DNA of 32,000 nucleotides from Gammaproteobacteria bacterium (GTDB lineage Bacteria; Pseudomonadota; Gammaproteobacteria; JBIOEC01): NCBI GenBank assembly GCA_965279305.1, contig OZ257143.1, positions 300,001 to 332,000 of the forward strand, read 5' to 3'. Shown piece by piece: positions 23,694 to 32,000 of this stretch (position 1 is its first letter; each line of letters starts with the position of its first letter). The notes under the pieces were generated by a model. It saw only the letters and a program-made list of their open reading frames with translations, ran no database searches and was not told where the DNA came from. The position numbers and the translations under genes were made by a program.

Positions 23694-23713
23694 AACATGC
23701 AAGAATTTTATGT

Positions 23714-24793
23714 TTAGCGGTGAAGATTGGCGAAGTGGATCATGAAGGTGGTGAGGGTTTTGACGCCTTCTTCGGGCATGGCGTTATATAAACTAGCGCG
23801 CATGCCACCGGCGCTTTTATGGCCGAATAAATTGATTAAGCCTTCTTTTGCAGCTTCTTCTAAAAAAAGTTTATCTAATGTGGTGTTGCTTAAGCTGAAG
23901 GGAATATTCATTCGTGAGCGGTATTCTGGCTCTACATTATTAAAATAAAAACCATTACTTTCATCAATGGTTTTATACAACAAATTAGATTTACGGATAT
24001 TTTTACTTTCTATTCCTTGTACTCCACCCTGTTTTTCTAGCCATTTCAAAGCTAAATGCGCCATATAAACGGTAAATGTGGTGGGCGTATTATAAAAACC
24101 TTCATCGGTAAAACGTTTGTAATCTAAAATGGCAGGCGTAATAGGCATTGCATGGCCTATTAAATCTTCGCGAACAATAACTAATGTTAAACCCGAGGGT
24201 GCAATATTTTTTTGAGAGCCTGCGTAAATCAGAGCATAATCACTGATATTAATAGGCTTAGATAAAATATTAGATGACATATCAGCTACTAAAGGCACAT
24301 CACCGGTTTCTGGTACGTAAGGAAATTCTATGCCATGAATAGTTTCATTCGATACATAATGCACATAGGCCGCATTAGGATTTAGCTTCCAGCTATCCAC
24401 TGACGGGATAGTGGTGTATTTGCTGCTGGAATTATCGGCAGCGATATTAACATCGCAATATAATTTGCCTTCGGCAATAGCTCGTTGGCTCCAAAAACCG
24501 GTAGCAATATAATCGGCGGTTTTTTTATCGCGTAATAAATTCATGGGTACGGCAGCAAATTGACCTGTACCGCCACCTTGCATTAATAACACTTGATAGT
24601 TTTTGGGGATATTGAGTAGATCACGAAATTGTTGGCGAAGAGTTTCGATTAATTCGCCTACGGATTCACTGCGGTGACTGTGCTCTAATACGGAAACACC
24701 ATCTCGCCATTCTAATAATTCTTGGCTGGCTTGCGTTAATACTTCTTCGGGTAATACGGCAGGGCCTGCGCTGAAATTATAAGATCTGGTCAT
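23714..24793 (-). CDS. serC: Phosphoserine aminotransferase
   Basis: MTRSYNFSAGPAVLPEEVL...GGGTGQFAAVPMNLL... is collinear with E. coli SerC. Length is 359 aa. Confidence 0.93.
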   Translation of the reverse strand: MTRSYNFSAGPAVLPEEVLTQASQELLEWRDGVSVLEHSHRSESVGELIETLRQQFRDLLNIPKNYQVLLMQGGGTGQFAAVPMNLLRDKKTADYIATGFWSQRAIAEGKLYCDVNIAADNSSSKYTTIPSVDSWKLNPNAAYVHYVSNETIHGIEFPYVPETGDVPLVADMSSNILSKPINISDYALIYAGSQKNIAPSGLTLVIVREDLIGHAMPITPAILDYKRFTDEGFYNTPTTFTVYMAHLALKWLEKQGGVQGIESKNIRKSNLLYKTIDESNGFYFNNVEPEYRSRMNIPFSLSNTTLDKLFLEEAAKEGLINLFGHKSAGGMRASLYNAMPEEGVKTLTTFMIHFANLHR

Positions 24794-24810
24794 ATGTATT
24801 CTCTTTGTGC

Positions 24811-24945
24811 TTCCTTGCCTTCCATGGCGAAATCATGTGCCATTAGAGAGGCAGCCCAGCCCTGCCTTCCATGGCAGGGCGTTCGCAAGGAAAAAGCTTT
24901 GCTTTTTCTTTTCTTGCTCACCCTCTCCCACAAGGGGAGAGGTGA
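24811..24945. repeat. Hairpin-dense GC-rich spacer between gyrA and serC, including REP-like copy C
   Basis: Outer stem: ttccttgc 24811..24818 with gcaaggaa 24885..24892. Inner stem: 24859..24866 with 24873..24880 (8 bp). A 13-nt direct repeat tgccttccatggc occurs at 24816..24828 and 24863..24875. An AT hairpin pairs aaaaagc 24891..24897 with gcttttt 24901..24907. REP core: cctctccc 24922..24929 with gggagagg 24935..24942. Confidence 0.7.
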
Positions 24946-24953
24946 TTATTTTT

Positions 24954-27578
24954 TTATTCTTCTTCTCCGCTCTCATCAGCACATTCATCGATTAAATCAG
25001 CTTGCGCTAAAGGAAGTGCTTCGGCATCTGCATCGACATCAGCTTCAGCAATACGCTGAATACCCACTAAATGTTCGCCTTCACTTAAGCTAATTAATCG
25101 AACGCCTTGTGCGTTACGTCCAACCAATGAAATTTCGCTAACTCGTGTGCGCACTAATGTACCGCGATCAGTAATTAACATTAACTCATCGTTATGCGTT
25201 ACTTGTAACGCACCTACCACTTCACCATTGCGATTATTCACTTGAATAGAAATAACACCTTGGCCGCCACGACGTTTAACCGGATATTGTGTAACGCAGG
25301 TGCGTTTACCATATCCATTCGCCGTTGCTGTTAATACTTGGCCTTGTTTATGAGCAACCATTAATGAAATCACTTTTTGTTTAGCCCCTAAACGAATACC
25401 GCGTACACCACGAGCTGTTCTGCCCATAGGACGAATATTGGATTCAGGGAAACGTAATGCTTTGCCTGCATTGGTGAACAACATAATATCTTGATCAGGC
25501 GCTGCAATGACTACGCCAATTAACATATCATTTTCCACTAATTCTAAGGCGCGAATACCATTCGCACGAGGACGTGAAAATTCGGTTAAAGCCGTTTTCT
25601 TGATAGTACCTTGTGCAGTGGCCATAAATACATAATGGTCGTCTACAAATTCTTTTACGGGTAAAATGGTGGTAATACGTTCGTCTGCTTCTAACGGCAA
25701 TAAATTCACCATGGGTTTACCGCGTGCCGCACGAGTCGCTTGTGGTAACTGATACGCTTTTAACCAATATAATTTACCGCGAGTAGAGAAACATAATAAA
25801 TGATCATGTGTATTCGCTACAATTAATTCGGAGATCACATCTTCATCTTTAATATTGGTAGCGCTCTTACCTTTACCACCTCTGCGTTGTGCACGATAAT
25901 CATCTAAAGGCTGATATTTCACATAACCTTCATGAGATAACGTTACAACTACTTGTGTGTCTTCAATTAAATCTTCGGTTACTAAACCTTCGCGTGCACC
26001 AATAATTTCAGTGCGCCGTTTATCACCAAATTGTGCTTTGTCTGCATGCAATTCATCGCGAATAACTTGTAGTAAACGCTCAGGATCATTCAAAATATGT
26101 AATAACTCGGCAATTAAATCCAATAAGTTATTATATTCTTGTAAAATTTTATCTTGCTCTAAACCGGTTAAGCGATGTAAACGTAAATCTAAAATCGCTT
26201 GCGCTTGTATTTCAGATAAGCGGTAACGCGCATTACCGTCTACCGTTTCCATACCGCTATTAGAGCCTTCTACTGCTAACGCACTTTTCTGTGCTTCTGC
26301 ACGTTCTAACATTTGAGTGACAGAGCCGGGCAACCAGGTTTCAGCTAACAACGCTTCTTTTGCTGCTTGTGGGTTGCTCGCTTTTTTAATTAACGCAATA
26401 ATCGGATCGATATTCGCTAATGCAATTGCTAAGCCTTCTAAAATATGCGCTCTTTGACGTGCTTTTTTCAATTCAAATAAGGTGCGGCGTGTAACTACTT
26501 CGCGTCTGTGGCGTAAAAACGCTTCTAATAATTGTTTTAACGATAATATTTGTGGGCGACCATCAACTAAGGCCACCATATTAATACCAAACACCGTTTC
26601 CATTTGTGTTTGAGAATATAAATTGTTTTGCAGCACTTCAGCGTTATCGCCTCTGCGCACTTCAATCACTACACGCATACCGTCTTTATCTGATTCATCG
26701 CGTAATGCGGTAATGCCTTCAATTTTTTTATCTTTAACCAGCTCAGCAATTTTTTCAATTAAACGAGCTTTGTTCACCTGATAAGGTAACTCATGAATAA
26801 TAATGGCTTGTTTACCATTATGATCATCAGTTTCAATGCTGGTTCTTGCACGCACATAAATACGGCCACGACCGGTGCGATACGCTTCTACAATACCGGC
26901 AGCACCACTAATAATACCGGCGGTAGGAAAATCAGGGCCTGGAATATAGCGAATAAGTTCTTCTAAAGTGATAGTAGGCTTATCAATAAGCGCGATACAG
27001 GCATCAATCACTTCGTTTAAATTGTGAGGTGGAATATTCGTGGCCATACCCACAGCAATACCGGATGAACCGTTAACTAATAGGTTAGGTACGCGAGTAG
27101 GCATGACTACTGGCATTTGTTCGGTTTCATCGTAGTTAGGGGCAAAATCAACTGTCTCTTTTTCCAGATCAGCTAATAAGGCATGAGCAAAACGAGACAT
27201 ACGGATTTCGGTATAACGCATAGCCGCTGGCGGATCGCCATCTACCGAGCCGAAGTTACCTTGTCCATCCACCAATAGGTAACGAAGCGAAAAGGGTTGA
27301 GCCATACGAACAATAGTGTCGTATACGGCGGTATCGCCATGAGGGTGATATTTACCAATAACGTCACCGACTACGCGAGCAGATTTCTTATAGGGCTTGT
27401 TCCAATCGTTACCTAATTCGCTCATAGCGAATAAAACACGTCTGTGCACGGGTTTTAAACCATCACGAACGTCAGGTAAAGCACGACCCACGATAACGCT
27501 CATGGCGTAATCTAGGTAAGACTGTTTTAACTCATCTTCAATTTTAACAGGAAGGATGGAACTGGCTAAATCGACCAT
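24954..27578 (-). CDS. gyrA: DNA gyrase subunit A
   Basis: The start is taken at [47 protein letters not shown] (ATG 27578), by alignment with E. coli GyrA; the ORF is open to 27599. Length is 874 aa, with an acidic C-terminal tail. Confidence 0.95.
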   Translation of the reverse strand: MVDLASSILPVKIEDELKQSYLDYAMSVIVGRALPDVRDGLKPVHRRVLFAMSELGNDWNKPYKKSARVVGDVIGKYHPHGDTAVYDTIVRMAQPFSLRYLLVDGQGNFGSVDGDPPAAMRYTEIRMSRFAHALLADLEKETVDFAPNYDETEQMPVVMPTRVPNLLVNGSSGIAVGMATNIPPHNLNEVIDACIALIDKPTITLEELIRYIPGPDFPTAGIISGAAGIVEAYRTGRGRIYVRARTSIETDDHNGKQAIIIHELPYQVNKARLIEKIAELVKDKKIEGITALRDESDKDGMRVVIEVRRGDNAEVLQNNLYSQTQMETVFGINMVALVDGRPQILSLKQLLEAFLRHRREVVTRRTLFELKKARQRAHILEGLAIALANIDPIIALIKKASNPQAAKEALLAETWLPGSVTQMLERAEAQKSALAVEGSNSGMETVDGNARYRLSEIQAQAILDLRLHRLTGLEQDKILQEYNNLLDLIAELLHILNDPERLLQVIRDELHADKAQFGDKRRTEIIGAREGLVTEDLIEDTQVVVTLSHEGYVKYQPLDDYRAQRRGGKGKSATNIKDEDVISELIVANTHDHLLCFSTRGKLYWLKAYQLPQATRAARGKPMVNLLPLEADERITTILPVKEFVDDHYVFMATAQGTIKKTALTEFSRPRANGIRALELVENDMLIGVVIAAPDQDIMLFTNAGKALRFPESNIRPMGRTARGVRGIRLGAKQKVISLMVAHKQGQVLTATANGYGKRTCVTQYPVKRRGGQGVISIQVNNRNGEVVGALQVTHNDELMLITDRGTLVRTRVSEISLVGRNAQGVRLISLSEGEHLVGIQRIAEADVDADAEALPLAQADLIDECADESGEEE

Positions 27579-27644
27579 ATGTGTAAGCTGCCTATACAAT
27601 CTGTAAAGAGCTATTTTAACATAAATTTAGGTCTTTTTGGAAAA

Positions 27645-28961
27645 TTACTGCTGATGGGCTAACAAGCCCGCCACAGCCTCTGAGGCACCTTGTGAAGGGA
27701 TATAAAGATGGCCTCCTGATAAGGGTTTTGACACGCCTGTTGTGGCTGGAACGCTAATAGGCAGGCCTAATAAACGTCTTACTGCTAAATAAGCAAAAAT
27801 TTCAGCTTCCATAAACTGACTATTCCAACCCGCATCATCTGCCATTTCCACTACCGCATCTTTAATAAGCGTTTGGATCTGTTTTTCTAGTACACCTCGA
27901 ATAACCGGATTATGCCAACCGCCACCCGCTAGCATCCAAAGATGTGGCCATTGGTTTTGATCAAAATAATGTAGGCTTTCTGCAATGGTTTGTGCGGTAA
28001 ATGCTTCTAACGTAGCGCAGGCATCTTCTAATGACAAAGTATCGAGCTCTGGAATAAGCATTAAATCATTTATATCCAATGATTTTGGTGGTTTTAGTTC
28101 TAAATAATTTTTGCCTGATTTTAAATGAATGGCTTTTGCATATAACGCTTTAAGCACGTCAGAATTGACTATACCTTTCAAACCATAACGACCATCTTCA
28201 TCCATGGTTTCTTCGCCTTTGGTTTTCATTTTAATATAACGGTCAATTAAACCATTACCTGGCCCCGTATCAAAACCCACCAGATCATTTTCAGAATCAC
28301 CCCAAATAAAAGTGACATTCGCAATACCACCACAATTTACTACTGCTATGGGATACTTTTTATCTCGCACGGCTAATGCTTGATGATACATGGGTGCTAA
28401 TGGCGCACCTTGCCCGCCGGCTTTTACATCATCGATACGAAAATCATTAACCACCGCAATACCTAAACGATTGGCTAATGCTTGCCCGTCTCCCATTTGT
28501 AAACTAATACCTTTTTCAGGCGAATGAAAAAGTGTTTGTCCGTGATAACCGATCACATCAATTTTTTTAGGATCCAGTTTAGTTTGTGCTAATAACTGCT
28601 CTACTACATCGCCATGCAATCGCGTAGAAAGTTGCACCACTGCCTCATAAGTAATATCGCTTTGCAAATAATCGCTAAGTTTTTTTAAAGTCGCATCGAC
28701 TTCTTCAATAGATAATTGCAAACTGGTTTGTAAATATTTTTTAATATTATCTACAAAACGTTCTTGAGTAAAAGTAGTACTTCCGTCATGTTGACGAATA
28801 ACAAATTCAGTGGCTTTTAATAATGTTTTCACTTCAGGATCATAATGGGAAGAAACAAACTCGATAGGCTCAATTACGCTCACGCCATCCGTTTTCATCA
28901 AGACTGCATCTATGCCATCCATAGAAGTGCCGCTCATTAAGCCAATTGAATAAAATTCCAT
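27645..28961 (-). CDS. anmK: Anhydro-N-acetylmuramic acid kinase (long form)
   Basis: MEFYSIGLMSGTSMDGIDAVL..., GYHGQTLFH, DFRIDDVKAGGQGAPL and NCGGIAN are AnmK hallmarks. At 438 aa it is longer than the ~370-aa E. coli enzyme. Confidence 0.85.
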   Translation of the reverse strand: MEFYSIGLMSGTSMDGIDAVLMKTDGVSVIEPIEFVSSHYDPEVKTLLKATEFVIRQHDGSTTFTQERFVDNIKKYLQTSLQLSIEEVDATLKKLSDYLQSDITYEAVVQLSTRLHGDVVEQLLAQTKLDPKKIDVIGYHGQTLFHSPEKGISLQMGDGQALANRLGIAVVNDFRIDDVKAGGQGAPLAPMYHQALAVRDKKYPIAVVNCGGIANVTFIWGDSENDLVGFDTGPGNGLIDRYIKMKTKGEETMDEDGRYGLKGIVNSDVLKALYAKAIHLKSGKNYLELKPPKSLDINDLMLIPELDTLSLEDACATLEAFTAQTIAESLHYFDQNQWPHLWMLAGGGWHNPVIRGVLEKQIQTLIKDAVVEMADDAGWNSQFMEAEIFAYLAVRRLLGLPISVPATTGVSKPLSGGHLYIPSQGASEAVAGLLAHQQ

Positions 28962-29055
28962 ACCACAATCCTTATTGATATTCTGTTCAATCTTAGAGGA
29001 TAGCTATGAGGCTTGCAACTTGTAAAGATCTACTCAATTCTTTATACTGCCTTCT

Positions 29056-29760
29056 ATGCAAAAATCTAATGTTAATTCAGCTGAAATTCTCAAATTTACC
29101 GAGATGGCCGCACAATGGTGGGATATCAATGGGCCTTGCCGCCCACTGCATGAGCTCAACCCGTTGCGTTTAGCTTTTATCAAACAACATGTTTTATTAA
29201 AAGGTAAAAAAACGCTTGATGTAGGTTGTGGCGGCGGCATATTAACAGAAGCCTTAGCCAAAGAAGGCGCGGCCGCTACCGGAATTGATTTAAGCCATGA
29301 AGTGCTTGAAGTAGCACGCTTACATGCACTAGAAAGCCAGCTGCTCGTTAATTACCAAGAAATTTCCGTAGAAGCCTTTGCTGAAAAAAACCCAAACACA
29401 TTCGACGTAATCACCTGCATGGAAATGTTAGAGCATGTGCCTGATCCCATTTCTGTAGTAAATGCCTGTGCGCAATTAGTAACACCCGGCGGTTATGTCT
29501 TTTTTTCTACTTTAAATAGAAACCCCATGTCTTATTTACAAGCCATTGTTGGTGCTGAATATGTTTTACGTATGCTTCCACGTGGCACACATGATTATGA
29601 AAAATTTATTAAACCTGCTGAATTATCACAATGGGCTCGTAACGCTGGATTACAAATAAAAGATATGACCGGTCTCACTTATAATCCTATCACTCGTGAA
29701 TTTTCATTAACCGATAGCACACAAGTGAATTATTTAATCTGCGCACAACGCCATGAATAA
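29056..29760 (+). CDS. ubiG: Ubiquinone biosynthesis O-methyltransferase
   Basis: EILKFTEMAAQWWDINGPCRPLHELNPLRLAFI...LDVGCGGGILTEALA...CMEMLEHVPDP is collinear with E. coli UbiG. Confidence 0.92.
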   Translation: MQKSNVNSAEILKFTEMAAQWWDINGPCRPLHELNPLRLAFIKQHVLLKGKKTLDVGCGGGILTEALAKEGAAATGIDLSHEVLEVARLHALESQLLVNYQEISVEAFAEKNPNTFDVITCMEMLEHVPDPISVVNACAQLVTPGGYVFFSTLNRNPMSYLQAIVGAEYVLRMLPRGTHDYEKFIKPAELSQWARNAGLQIKDMTGLTYNPITREFSLTDSTQVNYLICAQRHE

Positions 29761-30436
29761 AAACAATCCTTATCATTTTGAAGCTGTTTTATTTGATCTG
29801 GATGGAACACTGGTCGATAGTGCCCAGTCTTTTTTTGAAGTTATTAATGAACTTCGCGAGCAAGAACAAAAACCACCACTCGATATTAATAAAGTGAGAG
29901 CAGCAACAGCAGAAGGCGGCAGCGCATTAACAGCATTATGTTTTGATATCACAGAAGAAACGCCCAATTTTTTATCACTAAAAGGCAAGTTTTTAAAAGC
30001 CTATAATAAATATTTAAAACAACATCCGGTGCCTTTATTTGAAGGTATTGAAAAAGCCATTACCTTTTTAAATGAAAAAAATATTCCTTGGGGTATTGTT
30101 ACTAATAAGCAAGAAGAGTTTACTCAGCTCACATTGAAACAACATCCACTATTAGCCAGCGCATTAGTAGTGGTGTGTGGCGATACGATTGCGTTTAGCA
30201 AACCCCACCCTGCACCCCTATTACATGCCTGCATCACGCTGCAGCATTCCCCAGCACATATTATCTTTATAGGTGATCACACTTATGATATTCAAGCAGG
30301 CCACCATGCGGGCATGTCTACCGGTGTTGCTCTTTATGGCTACATTACCGATAAAAGCCCACCCGAAAACTGGGGTGCCGATTACCTATTCAAAACCCCT
30401 GCCGATATAGAAAGCTGGCTGCGCTCTCACTTCTAA
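29753..30436 (+). CDS. HAD-IA family phosphatase (phosphoglycolate phosphatase/MupP-like)
   Basis: HAD motif I (VLFDLDGTLVDS), motif II (GIVTNK) and motif III/IV (IFIGDHTYDIQAGHHAG). The start overlaps the ubiG stop. The ubiG-HAD-yciK order matches the Pseudomonas ubiG-mupP-SDR locus. Confidence 0.75.
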   Translation: MNKNNPYHFEAVLFDLDGTLVDSAQSFFEVINELREQEQKPPLDINKVRAATAEGGSALTALCFDITEETPNFLSLKGKFLKAYNKYLKQHPVPLFEGIEKAITFLNEKNIPWGIVTNKQEEFTQLTLKQHPLLASALVVVCGDTIAFSKPHPAPLLHACITLQHSPAHIIFIGDHTYDIQAGHHAGMSTGVALYGYITDKSPPENWGADYLFKTPADIESWLRSHF

Positions 30437-30473
30437 TGATATAATCGGCTTTATTTATTAGTATTTACTCACT

Positions 30474-31223
30474 ATGCAGCAAAATTCCTCAGATTTATTA
30501 AAGAACCAAGTAATTTTAATTACAGGCGCTGGCGCAGGTCTTGGCCAAGCCGCCGCCTATGCGTATGCCGAGCAAGGCGCTACCGTTATTTTATTGGGCA
30601 AAAATCCTAAGCAACTATCCGCCGTTTACGATCATATTGTTGCGCAAGGCTGGCCTGAGCCTGCCATTTACCCTATGAATTTAGCCGGTGCTTCTATTGA
30701 TGATTACCGAGAAATGGCGGGCATTATTCAAAAAGAATTTGGACGCCTAGATGGCTTGCTTCATAACGCCGCACTCTTGGAAACGCTTACACCTGTTGAG
30801 CATTATCCGTTAGATCGTTTATATAAAGTGATGCAGGTTAATTTACACGCGCCTTTTTTAATGACACAAACCTTATTACCCTTGCTCACGCAATCAGAAG
30901 GCTCTATTATTTTTACATTAGACAACGCTGCTACGGCTTATCGCGGCGCTTACGGAATAAGCAAACAAGGTTTACAAGGATTTATGCATATTTTAGCGGA
31001 CGAATTGGAAATAAATTCACCTATTCGCGTGAATGGCATTTCCCCCTGCCCTGTGCGCACTCATTTGCGCGCTTGTGCTTTTCCTGCTGAAAATCCTGAA
31101 AAACATCCATTACCTGAAAACATGATGGCGGCTTATATTTACTTGATGGATCCGAAAAATAAAGATGTACACGGAAAAATGTTATATCTACAACCTAATG
31201 GAGAATGGAATCATGGCAATTAA
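30474..31223 (+). CDS. yciK: YciK-family short-chain dehydrogenase/reductase
   Basis: VILITGAGAGLGQAAA...RLDGLLHNAALL...VMQVNLHAPFLMTQTLLPLL...YGISK...FPAENP is collinear with E. coli YciK as recalled. Confidence 0.75.
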   Translation: MQQNSSDLLKNQVILITGAGAGLGQAAAYAYAEQGATVILLGKNPKQLSAVYDHIVAQGWPEPAIYPMNLAGASIDDYREMAGIIQKEFGRLDGLLHNAALLETLTPVEHYPLDRLYKVMQVNLHAPFLMTQTLLPLLTQSEGSIIFTLDNAATAYRGAYGISKQGLQGFMHILADELEINSPIRVNGISPCPVRTHLRACAFPAENPEKHPLPENMMAAYIYLMDPKNKDVHGKMLYLQPNGEWNHGN

Positions 31224-31932
31224 AATTTTTGTAAATGGCGCCGAAGGAAAAATGGGAAAAGCCGTTGTTAATGCCGTTACCAGTGACATTCAGTGCTCTT
31301 TAATAGGCACGGGTGATAGAGGTGACAATTTAGAACAATTATTAAAACATCATAAGCCTGATGTAGCCATTGATTTTACGGTTCCTGCTTCTGCTTATGA
31401 TAATGCTGTCGCCATTATTGAAGCAGGCGTTCATCCTGTGATTGGCACTACTGGCATGACCATGGATCAAATTAAAGATTTGCAAAAACGGTGTGCTGAC
31501 AAAAAACTGGGCGGCGTTATTGCTCCCAACTTTTCTATTGGCGTTATATTAATGATGTTATGCGCAGAGCGTATTAGCCATTATATGTCGGATGTTAGCA
31601 TTATCGAATTACATCATCCTCATAAACTCGATGCGCCAAGCGGAACTGCGAAAAAAACCGCAGAAATGATAGCAAAACATATTAAAGCAAGCACTGTTAA
31701 AAAACATGTTGGACATTCACATGAGCATGAAGGTATACATATACATTCTATTCGTTTACCAGGCATTATCGCTAGCCAAGAAGTGATTTTTGGCGCAGAA
31801 GGCGAAACGCTTTCTATTCGCCACGATACTTTTGACCGCAGCACATATATGCCCGGTATTTTATTAGCCTGCAAAAAAGTGATGCATATGAAAGAGCTCG
31901 CATACGGGCTAGAACATTTGTTAGAGGATTAA
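31213..31932 (+). CDS. dapB: 4-hydroxy-tetrahydrodipicolinate reductase
   Basis: The start is taken at MAIKIFVNGAEGKMGKAV (ATG 31213, overlapping the yciK stop); the ORF is open from 31165. It has the signature ELHHPHKLDAPSGTA. Confidence 0.9.
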   Translation: MAIKIFVNGAEGKMGKAVVNAVTSDIQCSLIGTGDRGDNLEQLLKHHKPDVAIDFTVPASAYDNAVAIIEAGVHPVIGTTGMTMDQIKDLQKRCADKKLGGVIAPNFSIGVILMMLCAERISHYMSDVSIIELHHPHKLDAPSGTAKKTAEMIAKHIKASTVKKHVGHSHEHEGIHIHSIRLPGIIASQEVIFGAEGETLSIRHDTFDRSTYMPGILLACKKVMHMKELAYGLEHLLED

Positions 31933-31935
31933 TAT

Positions 31936-32000
31936 ATGTTTAAAAGTTTAAGTGATCGTTTAACGCAAACGTTTAATTCAATTACTGGACGTGGACGTTT
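31936..32000 (+). CDS. ffh: Signal recognition particle protein Ffh, first 21 codons (continues beyond the window)
   Basis: Hand translation gives MFKSLSDRLTQTFNSITGRGR, compared with E. coli Ffh MFDNLTDRLSRTLRNISGRGRL. It is not in the ORF track because it is open at the window edge. Confidence 0.8.
   Translation, partial: MFKSLSDRLTQTFNSITGRGR

Noticed and set aside
24794-25093. ORFs 24794..25093 and 24807..24995 (plus strand)
   Set aside because: They run through the hairpin/REP-rich gyrA-serC spacer and then antisense into the gyrA 3' end. Their Leu/Phe/Ser-rich products come from T-runs and GC palindromes.
1-32000. Scan for CRISPR arrays, IS elements/transposases, integrases, tRNA/rRNA genes and direct repeats flanking the three accessory insertions
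   Set aside because: None was found by eye. Intergenic regions are short and otherwise accounted for. A tRNAscan/ISfinder run would be needed to exclude small or degenerate elements.

Overview
This window is a chromosomal segment from an AT-rich gammaproteobacterium. All homology calls come from reading the translations; no database search was run. The housekeeping backbone keeps a Pseudomonas/Legionella-type gene order: dnaX-ffs, erpA, rubredoxin, thiD-thiE, mltD, gltA, ald, lapB-ihfB-rpsA-cmk, serC-gyrA-anmK, and ubiG-HAD-yciK-dapB-ffh. Four features missing from the ORF track were found by hand: partial dnaX at the left edge, the SRP (4.5S) RNA, a 58-aa rubredoxin, and the first 21 codons of ffh at the right edge. 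Three accessory insertions interrupt the backbone. (1) 1401-5962 is a minus-strand operon of three diverged pentapeptide-repeat paralogues. They share a private C-terminal module, and two of them carry a J-domain-like N-terminus without the HPD motif. (2) 11924-13423 is a ribonuclease-inhibitor-type leucine-rich-repeat protein. (3) 19824-23147 holds three tandem orphan paralogues in the cmk-serC gap, where related genomes carry pheA/hisC/tyrA/aroA. The first paralogue has an intact GNAT acetyl-CoA motif (RxxGxA), the third has lost that motif and gained a ~105-aa basic insertion, and the second is truncated. These look like eukaryote-directed effector families of an intracellular, Legionellales-like bacterium; that is inference only. 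Noncoding highlights are a ~210-bp nested palindrome (23484-23693) that overlaps the end of an antitoxin-like gene remnant, a GC-rich REP-like hairpin family at three loci, and a 51-nt leader/start block that is 47/51 identical upstream of two otherwise diverged paralogues. No CRISPR array, IS element, integrase, tRNA or rRNA was seen.
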